64,000 bases of DNA from an uncultured candidate division Zixibacteria bacterium (GCA_963801605.1 CAWDFP010000006.1:992001-1056000), one strand, 5' to 3'; shown: positions 51,516-62,616, counted from the stretch's first letter. Notes: a model not told the origin generated them from the sequence alone. Program-made: numbers and translations.

Positions 51516-52352
51516 GTGGATATACCTTTTATAAAGATCGAGGGCCTCGGGAACGATTATATCTTTGTCGATGATAGCGTTTTTCGCGGCCGAAAGATGC
51601 GTTTTCCCTCTTTAGCGCGTGCCATTTCCCATAGAAGATTCGGCGTCGGCTCCGATGGATTAATAATCGTAAAAAAAATCGATTCTAAATCAGCTTCCAT
51701 GACAATTTACAATTCAGATGGCTCGCAAGCAGAATTTTGCGGCAATGGACTTCGTGGAACTGCACTTTATATCAAATCTGTTTATAAGGCTAAGGGTAAC
51801 GAGTTTTCCGTTTCCACGAAGTGGAGAGAGTATCGCACGAATATTGTTAAAACCTATGGTAATTCGGCCATGATAAGAGCCTCTTTGGGAGCGCCTTCGT
51901 TCGATTCCAAAGATGTGGGTTTCAATGGCCCCAATTGTCTGGGGGTTGAGGTTACTCCGGCGGGAATTCCACGGCAACTTTACTGCGTCGCTATGCCCAA
52001 TCCTCACGCCGTGATTTTTGTCGATGATTTCGATTTTAGCTGGCAAAATGAAGGCATGATTCTCGAAAAGAGCAAACTCTTCAAAAACGGCATTAATGTC
52101 ATGTTTGCCAGGGTCGATTCGCCAAAGAGGATCTCGCTGATGCCATGGGAACGCGGGTCGGGACCGACCATGGCGTGCGGTTCCGGAGCTGCCGGTGCAA
52201 CTGTGATTTCTAATCTTCTTGAGATGACTAAAGGCCCGGTTACGGTTCAGATGCCGGGTGGGACTCTATTAACCCGTTGGGATATCGCTGAAAATCAGGT
52301 CTACCAGGCCGGACCTGCACGAATAGCATTTTCGGGAACTTATAAAATTTGA
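51516..52352 (+). CDS. dapF: diaminopimelate epimerase
   Basis: GLGNDY, CGNG, PNPH, WERGSG.T.ACGSG. Confidence 0.92.
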   Translation: MDIPFIKIEGLGNDYIFVDDSVFRGRKMRFPSLARAISHRRFGVGSDGLIIVKKIDSKSASMTIYNSDGSQAEFCGNGLRGTALYIKSVYKAKGNEFSVSTKWREYRTNIVKTYGNSAMIRASLGAPSFDSKDVGFNGPNCLGVEVTPAGIPRQLYCVAMPNPHAVIFVDDFDFSWQNEGMILEKSKLFKNGINVMFARVDSPKRISLMPWERGSGPTMACGSGAAGATVISNLLEMTKGPVTVQMPGGTLLTRWDIAENQVYQAGPARIAFSGTYKI

Positions 52353-54061
52353 AGTCTCTAAAAAACGATATAGCAGAAAAAATCTCGGCCGTTGTCGGAG
52401 TCGATAAGGCCCAGCTAATCGATTTGTTTGAAACCCCGCCATCCGAGGATATGGGCGATCTTGCACTGCCATGTTTCCATTTTTCCAAGATGCTGAGGAA
52501 ATCCCCTTTAGCTGTTGCTATCGATCTGGCAGCCAAAATCCATCCGGACGAACTTTTGGAACGCGCCGAAGCCAAAGGGCCTTATCTCAACTTTTATTAT
52601 CGCCATGATAAAGTTATATCGGATATTCTTGCGGAGATTTCCGAAAAGAAAGAGAAATACGGTCGAGATAATTATGGGGCCGGCAAGACCGTTGTAATCG
52701 ACTATTCGTCTCCAAATATTGCCAAACCATTTGGAATCGGGCATCTGCGATCTACCGTTATTGGCGCGTCACTCAAACGGATTTTCGAACACCGCGGATA
52801 TAAAGTTATCGGCATTAATCATCTCGGTGACTGGGGAACGCAGTTCGGCAAAGTCATCCTGGCATATAAGCTCTGGGGAGATGAAAAGAAACTTGGCATA
52901 AATCCGATCGAGTATCTTTACGATCTGTATGTCAGAATACATCAGGAAGAGGAAAAAGACCTTGCGCTTAAGGAACGAACTCGCGAGGAGTTTAAGAAGC
53001 TCGAATCCGGAGACCCGGAGAATCTTGCTTTATGGAAAAAGTTTTCCGAGCTAAGCCGCCAGGAATTTGACAAAATATATGGCATTTTGGGTATTACGTT
53101 CGAAAGCGTGGCGGGCGAATCGTTTTATAACGATAAAATTGCCTCAACCGCGGAACTTCTCGATAAGAGCGGTCTTCTCTCAGAAAGCCGGGAGGCCACT
53201 ATTGTCGATCTCGAAAAGTATAATCTTCCTCCCCTGCTGATTAAAAAGAGTGATGAGACCACTCTATATGCTACCCGCGATCTGGCCGCGGCTATTTATC
53301 GTCAGAAAACATACAATTTCGATAAAATGCTGTATGTGGTCGGTGTAGCGCAATCTCTTCACTTTAAACAGTTTTTCAAGGTTCTGGAGCTTCTGGGATT
53401 TGATTGGGTAAAAAAATGCCACCATATAAGCTTTGGATGGGTAAAACTTGGCGATGAAATGATGTCGACCCGGAAGGGAAATATCGTTTTTCTGGAAGAT
53501 GTTATTTCAAAGGCAGTGGAGCTGGCCCAAAAAATAATAAAGCAGGGTAGCCCCGATCTTCCCGATCCCGAAAAAACCGCTCGTGACGTGGGAATCGGCG
53601 CGGTGGTATTCACCGATCTTGCTTTCAGGAGAGATACCGATATTTCTTTTGATTGGGATCGAATGCTCGATTTCTCGGGTAACAGCGGACCTTACCTGCA
53701 ATACAGCTACGCTCGCATATCGAGCATATTTAGAAAATATGGCAAGCCGATGCCATTGAATTATTCACCGAACGAACTAACGCTTCCCGAAGAATATTCA
53801 TTGGTTAAAAAACTAAGCTATTATCCCGAGATTATCGCAAAAGCGGCGGAGGAGTGTGAACCATTTTATATTTCAACTTTTCTTCTTGAACTTTGCGGAC
53901 TTTTTAACACATATTATCAAAAATACAAATCCGCGGAGGATAGAGTTCTTTCAAATAATAATGATAAAACCGAAGCTCGACTGGCACTGGTAAATTCAGT
54001 AAGATATGTGCTTGGCTCCGGTTTATCCATTCTGGGCCTCACGGCTCCGGAGATGATGTAA
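52349..54061 (+). CDS. argS: arginine--tRNA ligase
   Basis: DYSSPNIAKPF.IGHLRST, GDWGTQFG, MSTRKG, GPYLQYSYAR, ends PEMM. Confidence 0.95.
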   Translation: MKSLKNDIAEKISAVVGVDKAQLIDLFETPPSEDMGDLALPCFHFSKMLRKSPLAVAIDLAAKIHPDELLERAEAKGPYLNFYYRHDKVISDILAEISEKKEKYGRDNYGAGKTVVIDYSSPNIAKPFGIGHLRSTVIGASLKRIFEHRGYKVIGINHLGDWGTQFGKVILAYKLWGDEKKLGINPIEYLYDLYVRIHQEEEKDLALKERTREEFKKLESGDPENLALWKKFSELSRQEFDKIYGILGITFESVAGESFYNDKIASTAELLDKSGLLSESREATIVDLEKYNLPPLLIKKSDETTLYATRDLAAAIYRQKTYNFDKMLYVVGVAQSLHFKQFFKVLELLGFDWVKKCHHISFGWVKLGDEMMSTRKGNIVFLEDVISKAVELAQKIIKQGSPDLPDPEKTARDVGIGAVVFTDLAFRRDTDISFDWDRMLDFSGNSGPYLQYSYARISSIFRKYGKPMPLNYSPNELTLPEEYSLVKKLSYYPEIIAKAAEECEPFYISTFLLELCGLFNTYYQKYKSAEDRVLSNNNDKTEARLALVNSVRYVLGSGLSILGLTAPEMM

Positions 54062-54103
54062 GGTCAATTAACATTTAATCTTCAAGATAAAGCATTAATT
54101 AGT

Positions 54104-55485
54104 ATGGATAAAATTATAAATCCCGTTCGCAAACTTCAGGGAGTTATTAAAGTCCCCGGGGATAACCCAATCTCGCATCGTATCGCTTTTCTTTCGGCGG
54201 TATGCGAGGGGCCGGTTGAGATAACCAACTACTCGTCAGGAATGGAAGCCCAATCCGCCTTAATCTGTCTTTCTCAATTGGGAGTTGAAATTGAGCGCCC
54301 GGAGGGATAAAACCATCATCCACGGCAGGGGCATGCATAATATTAAAAAGCCCGATCAGCCAATCAATGTCGGGACCTCAGTGATTGCCGCACGCATTAT
54401 TTGCGGAATCCTTGCCACCTGCGATTTTGAATCCGAACTTATTTGCGATGATATCATATCTAATTTGCCCATGAGGAGAATAATCGAACCCCTGGAGCAA
54501 ATGGGAGCCAAAATCGAATCCAATAATTATCGCTTTCCTCTTAAGATTAAAGGCGGGAAACTAAAGGGTATCCGGTACGCTATGCCCGTTCCCTCCTCGC
54601 AGGTGAAAGGCGCTCTGCTTATTGCCGGGATGACCGCCGATGGAGTTACCGAAATTATCGAACGCATGCCCAGCCGCGACCATTTGGAGCGCTTGTTGAC
54701 ATACTTTGGAGTTCGTTTGCGCAAGAGCAGAGTCGAACCTAAAGCATCCAACGAAGATCCGCTCGCCAAACGATTCAAAAAGGCAGCGGGAATTGTCTCG
54801 CCCGACATCAAAGGAGATATGATTTCAATCCGCGGCGGGCAAAAGGCAATCCCTAAAGCGGTGATAGTCCCTGGCGATCTATCTGCCGCCTCCTATTTTA
54901 TTATCGCCGGTCTACTTGGTGGATGGCTCAGAAATTCGAGTAGATGATGTCGGCTTAAATCCTACCAGGCTGGGATTTGTCGAAGTTCTTAAAAAGATGA
55001 AAGCCCCCATCACGGTCAAGCAAACCGGTGAATACGGATTCGAACCAGTGGGCAGCATCGAGATAAAATCGGCCAATATCAAAGGGCGACGAATGGTTGG
55101 AGAGCTTATCCCCAGCATTATTGATGAACTTCCTGTAATGGCCATAGTTGCCGCTGCTGCTCAGGGCACATCCGTCATTCGCGATGCCTATGAGCTTCGC
55201 CATCAGAAAACCGATCGCATTAAAACTATCGCCGGTAATCTTCGCAAAATGGGAGTTAAAGTCGGCGAGCTCGAGGACGGCCTGGCAATCGATGGTGGTA
55301 CTGAGCTTGAAGGGGCCGAAATCGAAACTTTCGGCGATCACCGCATTGCCATGTCATTTGCTATTGCGGCGTTAATTGCCAAGGGCCAGTCGGTGATTAA
55401 AGATGCGGAATGCGTCGAGGTCAATTATCCCGGCTTCTGGGACGATTTCGACATGCTTGTCAACGGGGAGCTTCCCAGGGCTTAG
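54104..55485 (+). CDS. aroA: EPSP synthase (AroA) homologue with degenerate active site; frameshifts near 54298 and 54912
   Basis: PGD..ISHR, PMRRI..PL, SSQVK, SRDH.ER, LNPTR.G, IDELP, DHRIAMS across three ORFs. Confidence 0.8.
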
Positions 55486-55937
55486 CGCTCCCGAGGCATA
55501 ATCTCATCGAAAAGCGGTTTATCCATGCAGCAAGCGAGGGGTTCCGAAGCGGAATCCGCGCTTTCTACAAGCTTTCGACCATTATGATACCGGTATATCT
55601 GGTTGTTGCTCTCCTGAAATTAACTCCATTATTCGATATCTTGAGTAGATTTTTTCAGCCCTTTATGACCTACTTTGGTCTTCCGGGAAACTCGGCTCTA
55701 GCCTATGTCACGGGCACCTTCGTAAATCTATATGCCGCGCTTGCCATAGTTGCAGGAATCGATATAACCGGCCGTCAGGTTACCATTCTGGCAATCATGC
55801 TGGGGATATCGCATTCGCAAATTATGGAAGGAGCCGTTCTGGCCAAGATGAAGGCTCGTCCGGTTATAGTCACCATAGCGCGAGTCGTGTTTTCGCTGCT
55901 CTGCGGGTTCGTCCTTAATTTGGTGATGCCGGAATAA
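55482..55937 (+). CDS. nucleoside-recognition (Gate) domain membrane protein, first half; start uncertain
   Basis: PFM..FGLPG..AL, NLYAA, SHSQIME. Confidence 0.65.
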   Translation, partial: LALPRHNLIEKRFIHAASEGFRSGIRAFYKLSTIMIPVYLVVALLKLTPLFDILSRFFQPFMTYFGLPGNSALAYVTGTFVNLYAALAIVAGIDITGRQVTILAIMLGISHSQIMEGAVLAKMKARPVIVTIARVVFSLLCGFVLNLVMPE

Positions 55938-55939
55938 GT

Positions 55940-56378
55940 ATGGATTTTGCCCTCGATACTCTGATGGGACTTGGCAGCCTTCTTTTGAAGGTCTTTCTAA
56001 TTGTGGTTCCTCTCATGGTGCTTCTCGAGGTTTCCCGCGAGTACAAAGTACCTCGATAAGTTGATTCACGGCAGTTACCCTATTACCCGCCGGATGGGAT
56101 TAAAGCGCGATTCAATTTATCCTCTTATCGCCGGAATTATATTTGGAATTTCATACGGCGCCGGAGTCTTAATTGGTGAATCCGATTCAGGGCGTATCAA
56201 GGGCAATCAAATGTTTTTGGTGGCGCTATTTCTTGGAATATGTCATTCTATACTCGAGGATACGCTGTTGTTTGCAGCGCAGGGCGCCAATGGTTTTGTC
56301 ATTCTCGGGGTGCGGATTCCATTGGCCATAATTATTGTATTTTTTGCGTCATTAATACTGCGGGAGAAATCCGATTAG
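55940..56378 (+). CDS. nucleoside-recognition (Gate) domain membrane protein, second half; frameshift near 56048
   Basis: MDFALD..VPLMVLLEVSREY joins KYLDKL..GISYGAGVL..CHSILEDTLLF. Confidence 0.7.
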
Positions 56379-56745
56379 CACCAGATCCAAAGGCGCCAGG
56401 GCAGAGCAAGTTGCGGTCTCATACCTGAAATCGCAAGGCTATATCATTATCGCCACCAATTGGCGGAAGAAAACATTCGAGATCGATATCGTTGCCCGCT
56501 TAGGGGATGACCTTATTTTCGTGGAAGTGAAATCATCCCGAAACACCGCGTTTGGGCCTCCGGAATTAAGAGTTAATAAAACCAAGCAAAAGCGCCTGAT
56601 TACCGCCGGATGGGAATATCTTTCACAAATTGATTGGGAGCCGGTCGGCGTCAGGTTTGACGTTATCGCCATTACGTGGCCATTTGGCAAATCTCCTGAA
56701 ATCTGCCACTTGGAATCGGCTTTTACGGCTGATGTTGATGACTGA
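56374..56745 (+). CDS. yraN: YraN / UPF0102 family protein
   Basis: KG.RAE..A..YL...GY.I...NWR....EIDIVA......FVEVK, RFDVIAI; open frame from ATT 56374. Confidence 0.88.
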   Translation: MSTRSKGARAEQVAVSYLKSQGYIIIATNWRKKTFEIDIVARLGDDLIFVEVKSSRNTAFGPPELRVNKTKQKRLITAGWEYLSQIDWEPVGVRFDVIAITWPFGKSPEICHLESAFTADVDD

Positions 56746-57097
56746 TAGTAAGAGTATCAGGCTCCTTTACTTTTCTTAGCGAATCGAGCCTGCCGGTAAT
56801 ATTATTCCAAACTTGAACGCTTTTATTCAGATCTTTCGATAGCTTGTTCCCATAGTTGGCCATCCAAATAGAATCGGTTCCGTACTTAATATATATTTTG
56901 TCGATTGCCAATTTTAGAGAATCAGATGCGTTATATTTTTCTTTGGCGATTGAAATAGCCAAATAGGTCAGGATGAAACGGTTATCATTGGATTTACGAT
57001 AATTTAAAAACCGGGACCTGGCGCCAATGGCCGCCGCGATCCCGGCTAAAATTATTATCAGGATTATCGTTAACTTCGCAAACGGCTTAACTGCCAT
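56723..57097 (-). CDS. hypothetical membrane-anchored protein
   Basis: N-terminal TM; overlaps the end of the upstream minus-strand gene. Confidence 0.6.
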   Translation of the reverse strand: MAVKPFAKLTIILIIILAGIAAAIGARSRFLNYRKSNDNRFILTYLAISIAKEKYNASDSLKLAIDKIYIKYGTDSIWMANYGNKLSKDLNKSVQVWNNITGRLDSLRKVKEPDTLTISHQHQP

Positions 57098-58961
57098 AGT
57101 ACGTTGAACGGAAATCCTCTATCTTCGAATTTTGTTTAAGGCTGTTGATCCACTTGCTCCAGATATCTTTTCTCTTGGTGTTGATCATCTCGTTTGTCAG
57201 TGAATCAGCCGCCACCGTAAACTGTGTGGTATCTGCCGGTTGATGATCGACGAATTTCAGTAAGAATGAACCGGTACGCGAACTAACCGCTTTCGAATAT
57301 GGTTTTGACGGTGAAAGGGCGAAGGCCGCACCTATAAAATCTGGATCACTGCCGATTTTGGGTACGAATTGAGAGCGGCTGAAAAGTCCGGTTTCCAATA
57401 TCGGTTTCCCGGTTTCGAGAGCGATTTCCTGGAAAGTTTTGCCGCGAGACATTTGCTCGGCAAGTTCCTCGCCTCTCTTATGAGCCATATCAACTCGCTT
57501 TTCGCGCAGAATTGTATTCTGGAGACGATCCTTAATATCGGCGTATGGCGCAATGCCGGCCGGAGTCCTGCGTTCGATCTGAACCAGGAAATAGCCGTTT
57601 CTGGTGGAAACGACATCGGAAAGCTCACCCGGTTTGCCGATAAAAGCAAAATCGTTGAGTTGCTGATTCTGTCCGATTGCCGGTACACTTGGGCCTTTGG
57701 GAAAAGGCCTGCTTTCAGTTACGGTTAGCCCATACTGCTCAGCCGCTTTTTTAAGACCGAGATTTTCGGCGTCGGCTTTGAGGTTGTTCATCTTTTGTTC
57801 AAGATCGGCCAGCGTTTGAGAGGATGCCTGGGACAATATCAATATATGGCTGGCCATGTATTCGACTTTATCTTTACCATCCGGACCCTTGGTTGAGCGC
57901 TTGCCCGTCAGCTTTACTATATGCCATCCAAACTGCGATTTAAACGGAGCTGAGATATCGTTAATGTTTTTAAGGCTCGCGGTCGCATCCCAGAATTCCT
58001 TGACCATTCGGCCTTCGCCAAACCAGCCTAGATCGCCTCCCTTTTTACCGGAACCGGGATCCTCGGAGCGCGCCATTGCCAGGGTCGCGAAATCAGCGCC
58101 GCCTAATAACTGCTGATAGATGCTATCGATCACGACTTTGGATTCCTTCGAGTCGGCCTCGCTGGGTGTTTTCGGCATCTGAACGTAACTGATAATTGCC
58201 ATTTCCGGCTGTTTGAATTGGTCTTTGTCCTTTTCATAACGGGCTTTAATCTCATCCTCCGGTACCTTAGTGATGGTAGAGTCATAATCGCCGCCGGGGA
58301 TAAAGATATACTGAACGTTGATCTTGTCGTTTTTATCGACATAGTCGTTCTTGGCATCATCCTGGGTAATTCTCACATTGGAGAGCACAAAATCCTGAAG
58401 TCTGGAGACCAGAAGTTGCTGACGAATCTGAGTTTCGAAATCGGTGATGATGGTTTGGGCTCGCGGGTCTTGCGATGCTGCCAACTGCTGCAGCCACATC
58501 TGGTATTTGCTGAGATCGAACTTACCGTCGGTGGCGAAATCTTTCGACTGCTGGATATCTCTGGGAGGCGATTGCCTCATATAATCGGCGACTTCGGGGT
58601 CGGTAACCGCGATACCATGCTTCTTGGCCTCCTGTTCCAGAAGGGCCAGGGTGGTCATGCTATTCCAGATATCGTTGCGGGCCTGCTCCAGCTCGGCGTC
58701 GGTTGGCTCGATAATTTCCTTGGTCAGGGAATCTTCTTTGGTCAGGGCCTGCATCCGTCTGCGGTAGCTTTCGTCGAAGGTATTGTGGCTGAGTTGTTCG
58801 CCATTGACAATGCCAATAACTCCGGGGGGCGCTGCGCCTCCCTGTGCCCGGTTTTTGCCAGAAAGAAGGGAGACCACTCCGCCATAGGCCATAAAGCCCA
58901 CAAAGGTGACCAGGACTATGAAGAAGATGATCTTGGCTGAATTTCGCATTGTCTGCATCAT
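57087..58961 (-). CDS. SurA/PpiD-like parvulin peptidyl-prolyl isomerase
   Basis: N-terminal TM, SurA-N helices, FATLA..SEDPGS..KGGDLGWF..G.MV.EF, SQFGWHIVK. Confidence 0.88.
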   Translation of the reverse strand: MMQTMRNSAKIIFFIVLVTFVGFMAYGGVVSLLSGKNRAQGGAAPPGVIGIVNGEQLSHNTFDESYRRRMQALTKEDSLTKEIIEPTDAELEQARNDIWNSMTTLALLEQEAKKHGIAVTDPEVADYMRQSPPRDIQQSKDFATDGKFDLSKYQMWLQQLAASQDPRAQTIITDFETQIRQQLLVSRLQDFVLSNVRITQDDAKNDYVDKNDKINVQYIFIPGGDYDSTITKVPEDEIKARYEKDKDQFKQPEMAIISYVQMPKTPSEADSKESKVVIDSIYQQLLGGADFATLAMARSEDPGSGKKGGDLGWFGEGRMVKEFWDATASLKNINDISAPFKSQFGWHIVKLTGKRSTKGPDGKDKVEYMASHILILSQASSQTLADLEQKMNNLKADAENLGLKKAAEQYGLTVTESRPFPKGPSVPAIGQNQQLNDFAFIGKPGELSDVVSTRNGYFLVQIERRTPAGIAPYADIKDRLQNTILREKRVDMAHKRGEELAEQMSRGKTFQEIALETGKPILETGLFSRSQFVPKIGSDPDFIGAAFALSPSKPYSKAVSSRTGSFLLKFVDHQPADTTQFTVAADSLTNEMINTKRKDIWSKWINSLKQNSKIEDFRSTYYGS

Positions 58962-59188
58962 AATTTTATCTCTCCACTAATTATTTCGATCAATCGGACT
59001 TTCCCGAAAACCAAGTAAAATATATGGTTTGAGGGGTAGAAGCAAGGAGAAAATGGGGGCGAAAATAGGAGCCTGAGTTTCGGATTAAGCATACATTATT
59101 TCCATTTTTAACTTGACAAAGGCGACCCGCGCCCCCATTATTTTAGTGCATACATTGTTTTGCCTTCTTTGAAAGAATTTTTCTGGAG

Positions 59189-60409
59189 GTGCCCTTGAAA
59201 GCGCCAATCAAGATTATTGGGATAATCGTTTTGCTTCTACCAGCCATATATTTATTGGCATACGCCGGTTGGACCGAGCCGGTGCCGGTTCAAGAGCTTA
59301 ATATGAGCGGCGATGAATTGACCGCCCTATCTTTCAGCAGACGGTCAGATAATGATGTTTTCGGCGCCAAGGTACCGTTACAATGAGCCATTGGAATGGA
59401 ACTTCGTGGGGGCCAAGAGAATACTTGCCCGCGCCAATTAACTATGAAGGTCTACAGCGGCAAGCCGCAATAACACCCGACCTACATTGGATTTACTGGG
59501 TTTCGTGGAGGGCGGGTGGAATGGGGATGTGGGATATCTGGCGAGCGAGTTGGGATGATAGCAGCCATACATGCGGACCGGCTGAATGCCTAGGACCGAA
59601 TGTGAATTCAGTCGGATATAGAATGGAGCATTTGCTTTACATTCGAGCGGCAATCGTATGTATTTCGTAACCGATACCTATCAAAAGAATGGACAATATG
59701 GCTTTGGATCAATGGATATTTGGTACGCCGATTGGGATAGTACGCTCGGAGATTGGGGAGAACCATCTAATCTAGGTCCGCTGATTAATACTACCGATAT
59801 AGAACAATCCCCATATTTATCGGCAAACGATTCTACGCTTATATTTTGTATGCGCCGGTGGCCATAGAGCTTCCAGGCTGGCAAGGGGGTGATGATATTT
59901 ACGTAGCATTTGGTAATGGTTCGGTTTGGGATAGCGTTCAAAATATAGGACCGCCAATTAATTCACCCACTTGGGAATGGGGTCCGACAATAACGCCGGA
60001 CAATCTTAAGCTATATTTTTGTACGCATCGCAATAGGGATCCTAATGCGGATTATGAATTAATGGTATCTACTTGGGAGCCAGAGGGAATAGAGGATGAT
60101 AATATAGAACCCGAGGGATAATACAATTAAGCGTTGATTGTATACCCCAATCCGTTTAACGAACAAGTTGAAATTCGAATAGAAGCCTTAGGTCAGAAAC
60201 GGAAAGCACAGCCGAAATCGCGATTTATGACATAGGTGGGCAGAAAGTGAGGGAGTATGTCATAGCACTATAAGAGCGATGGCCGTGGAAGAGCAACATG
60301 GGACAGCAAGAATCGACAGGGCCAAAAGGTAGGAACCGGAAATTACATACTTACAGCTCGTATACCGGGCGGGCAAAAGACACAAAAAATAGTTACCCTG
60401 CTTAAATAA
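59189..60409 (+). CDS. secreted PD40-type beta-propeller protein with T9SS/FlgD-like C-terminal domain, copy 1, multiply frameshifted
   Basis: Fragments collinear with 60498-61686; NLGPLINT, YPNPFN, ends KIVTLLK. Confidence 0.65.
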
Positions 60410-60497
60410 TGCATTTTTTATTGACAACTTTATCTGTGTATATTTGGAATAACGATGTATCAATATTAATCCGGTCGCTTTTAGGAAAATCAATAAT

Positions 60498-61686
60498 ATG
60501 AAACGAATTCTTCTGACAATTATTTTGGCTCCATTGTTGAGTCTTTTGGCCTCCCCCGCCTTTGCCGGTTGGACAGAGCCGGTGCCGGTTCAAGAGCTAA
60601 ATATGAGCGGCGATGAACTATTACCGAATCTTTCTGCAGACGGTCAAATTATGATGTTTTCTGCTCAAGGTACGGTTACAATGAGCCATTGGAATGGAAC
60701 TTCATGGGGGCCGAGAGAATATTTGCCATCGCCAATTAATTATATCGGCTTACAAGATGAGGCCGCAATTACCCCGGATAAGCGTTGGATATATTGGGTT
60801 TCCTGGCGTGAGGGCGGAATAGGAATGTGGGATATCTGGCGGGCAAGTTGGGATGATAGCAGCCATACTTGCGGGCCAGCGGAGTGTTTGGGACCTAATA
60901 TCAATTCATCAGATATTGAGTGGGGATTATGTTTTTCCTCGGACGGCGAACGCATATTTTTTGTCACCGATACGCGTAACAAAAATGGGCAATATGGTTT
61001 TGGATCAATGGATATTTGGTATTCCAACTGGGATACAGTAATTAATGATTGGGGCGAGGCGTATAATTTGGGACCACTTATTAATACAACCGATACGGAA
61101 GAAACCCCGTATATTTCTGCAACAGGAGATACTCTTTATTTTTCATGCGCTGGGGGTCATCATTTGCCCGGCTGGCAAGGGGGATACGATATATATATAG
61201 CGGTCGCGAGTAATAATGAATGGATATATGCCGAAAATATCTTGCCTCCAATTAATTCGCAAACCTGGGATTTCGGTCCGACAATAACTCCCAATGGACT
61301 ATATTTATATTTTACTTCGCCTCGGGAAAGAAATCCAAATTTTGATTATGAATTGATGGTGTCCTATTGGGAACCTGATGGTATAGATGACGATAAAGAA
61401 CCGAGAGACAATTCAATTAGGGTAGAATGTTATCCTAATCCGTTTAACGAACAGATAGAAATACAGGCTTATTCTACTGGACGAAAGCACTGCCGAAATT
61501 TCTATTTATGACATAAATGGCCAGAAAGTGAGGGAATATGGTCTAAGTATCAGTAATGGCTATGGAAGGACAACATGGGATAGTAAAAATCAACAGGGCC
61601 AAAAGGTAGCAACGGGGAATTATATAGTAAGGGCTGATTTCCCAGATGGCAAAGAGATTAGAAAATTAATTACTTTGTTGAAATAA
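60498..61686 (+). CDS. secreted PD40-type beta-propeller protein with T9SS/FlgD-like C-terminal domain, copy 2, frameshift near 61480
   Basis: Signal peptide, LGP.IN / DIW repeats, YPNPFN, IYDINGQKV, ends KLITLLK. Confidence 0.75.
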
Positions 61687-62044
61687 TGTATCTAGACAAG
61701 GAGGCCAAATTGAAACGGCTGTTTATTGCTGTAGCCCCAATATTACTATTCCTTAGCCTGTCTCAAACGGTTTCCATTCTGAAAATAAAAATTCGACGAA
61801 AACTCTAAAGTGTTTTCGCGCAAACGGGTATTTATAAGAGCATGGGGCGATGTTGCGGTGGTTGGATTGCCGATATAGGCACTAAACAGATTAAGTAAAA
61901 TACCGTAAGCCTCAGTCGCTTTGATTTGCCAGATGCCAAGTGGCTATGGACTCGGAGGGAAGGAGGGGGGATAAAGAATATCAATGCGCGGAAAGCGACT
62001 GGTGCCAAACTGGCTTAAAAAAGGAGTGGCTACCTCCCCCGAAT

Positions 62045-62437
62045 CTACGTAGTAGCGGTTGAGGCGGATGGTTTAACGGCCAGGAAATATCCGAATCCGA
62101 GAGTAAAGAAAAGATAGAGCGCGACAACGAGCCAGCCCAATGGATTTAAAATCCCCTTAATTATTGCCATTATCGACATAATGACGCCAACGCCATCATA
62201 TACAAAAAGGGCTCGGATAATGGCCAGTCGAGCTTCAGATGCACCCGCATTACGGGCAAACCAAGTGAGCACAAGATTACCAAAGAGGGCGGCACCATAT
62301 TCCCATGCGGGAAATACCGCCTCTGGGCTCAATACGACTCCAAAGATTGACAACAATTTAATGGGGGAGAAGATAAAGGCGATGCCGAAAAAAAGGCATA
62401 CGACCGCCTTAATGATCATCAATGTTTTGAATCTCAT
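62045..62437 (-). CDS. small four-TM membrane protein
   Basis: Four hydrophobic helices, RBS aggag upstream. Confidence 0.7.
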   Translation of the reverse strand: MRFKTLMIIKAVVCLFFGIAFIFSPIKLLSIFGVVLSPEAVFPAWEYGAALFGNLVLTWFARNAGASEARLAIIRALFVYDGVGVIMSIMAIIKGILNPLGWLVVALYLFFTLGFGYFLAVKPSASTATT

Positions 62438-62616
62438 GGCAATTTCTCCTTTGATAGTAATGCCCGGGTTAATATTACCGGTTGATTTTATTATAAGGCC
62501 TTTGGCGCGGTTTAGTTAATTGAGATAATCAATTAAGGCTTATCGGCATGTTATTTCAAATGAACTGAAGCAAATGATAGAATAGAATTTGGGAATTTAC
62601 AATAAATAAGTTAGCG

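Noticed and set aside
52728..52750. argS GIGH instead of HIGH as loss of function
   Set aside because: The first position of this motif varies in ArgRS and all other motifs are intact
58218..58940. 240-aa + strand ORF and other long antisense ORFs such as 39121-39753
   Set aside because: Shadow frames opposite well-supported genes, no motifs
61913..62001. CAGTCGCTTT...AAAGCGACTG inverted repeat as an ncRNA or MITE
   Set aside because: Only 10 bp, no second copy, target duplication or recognisable RNA motif
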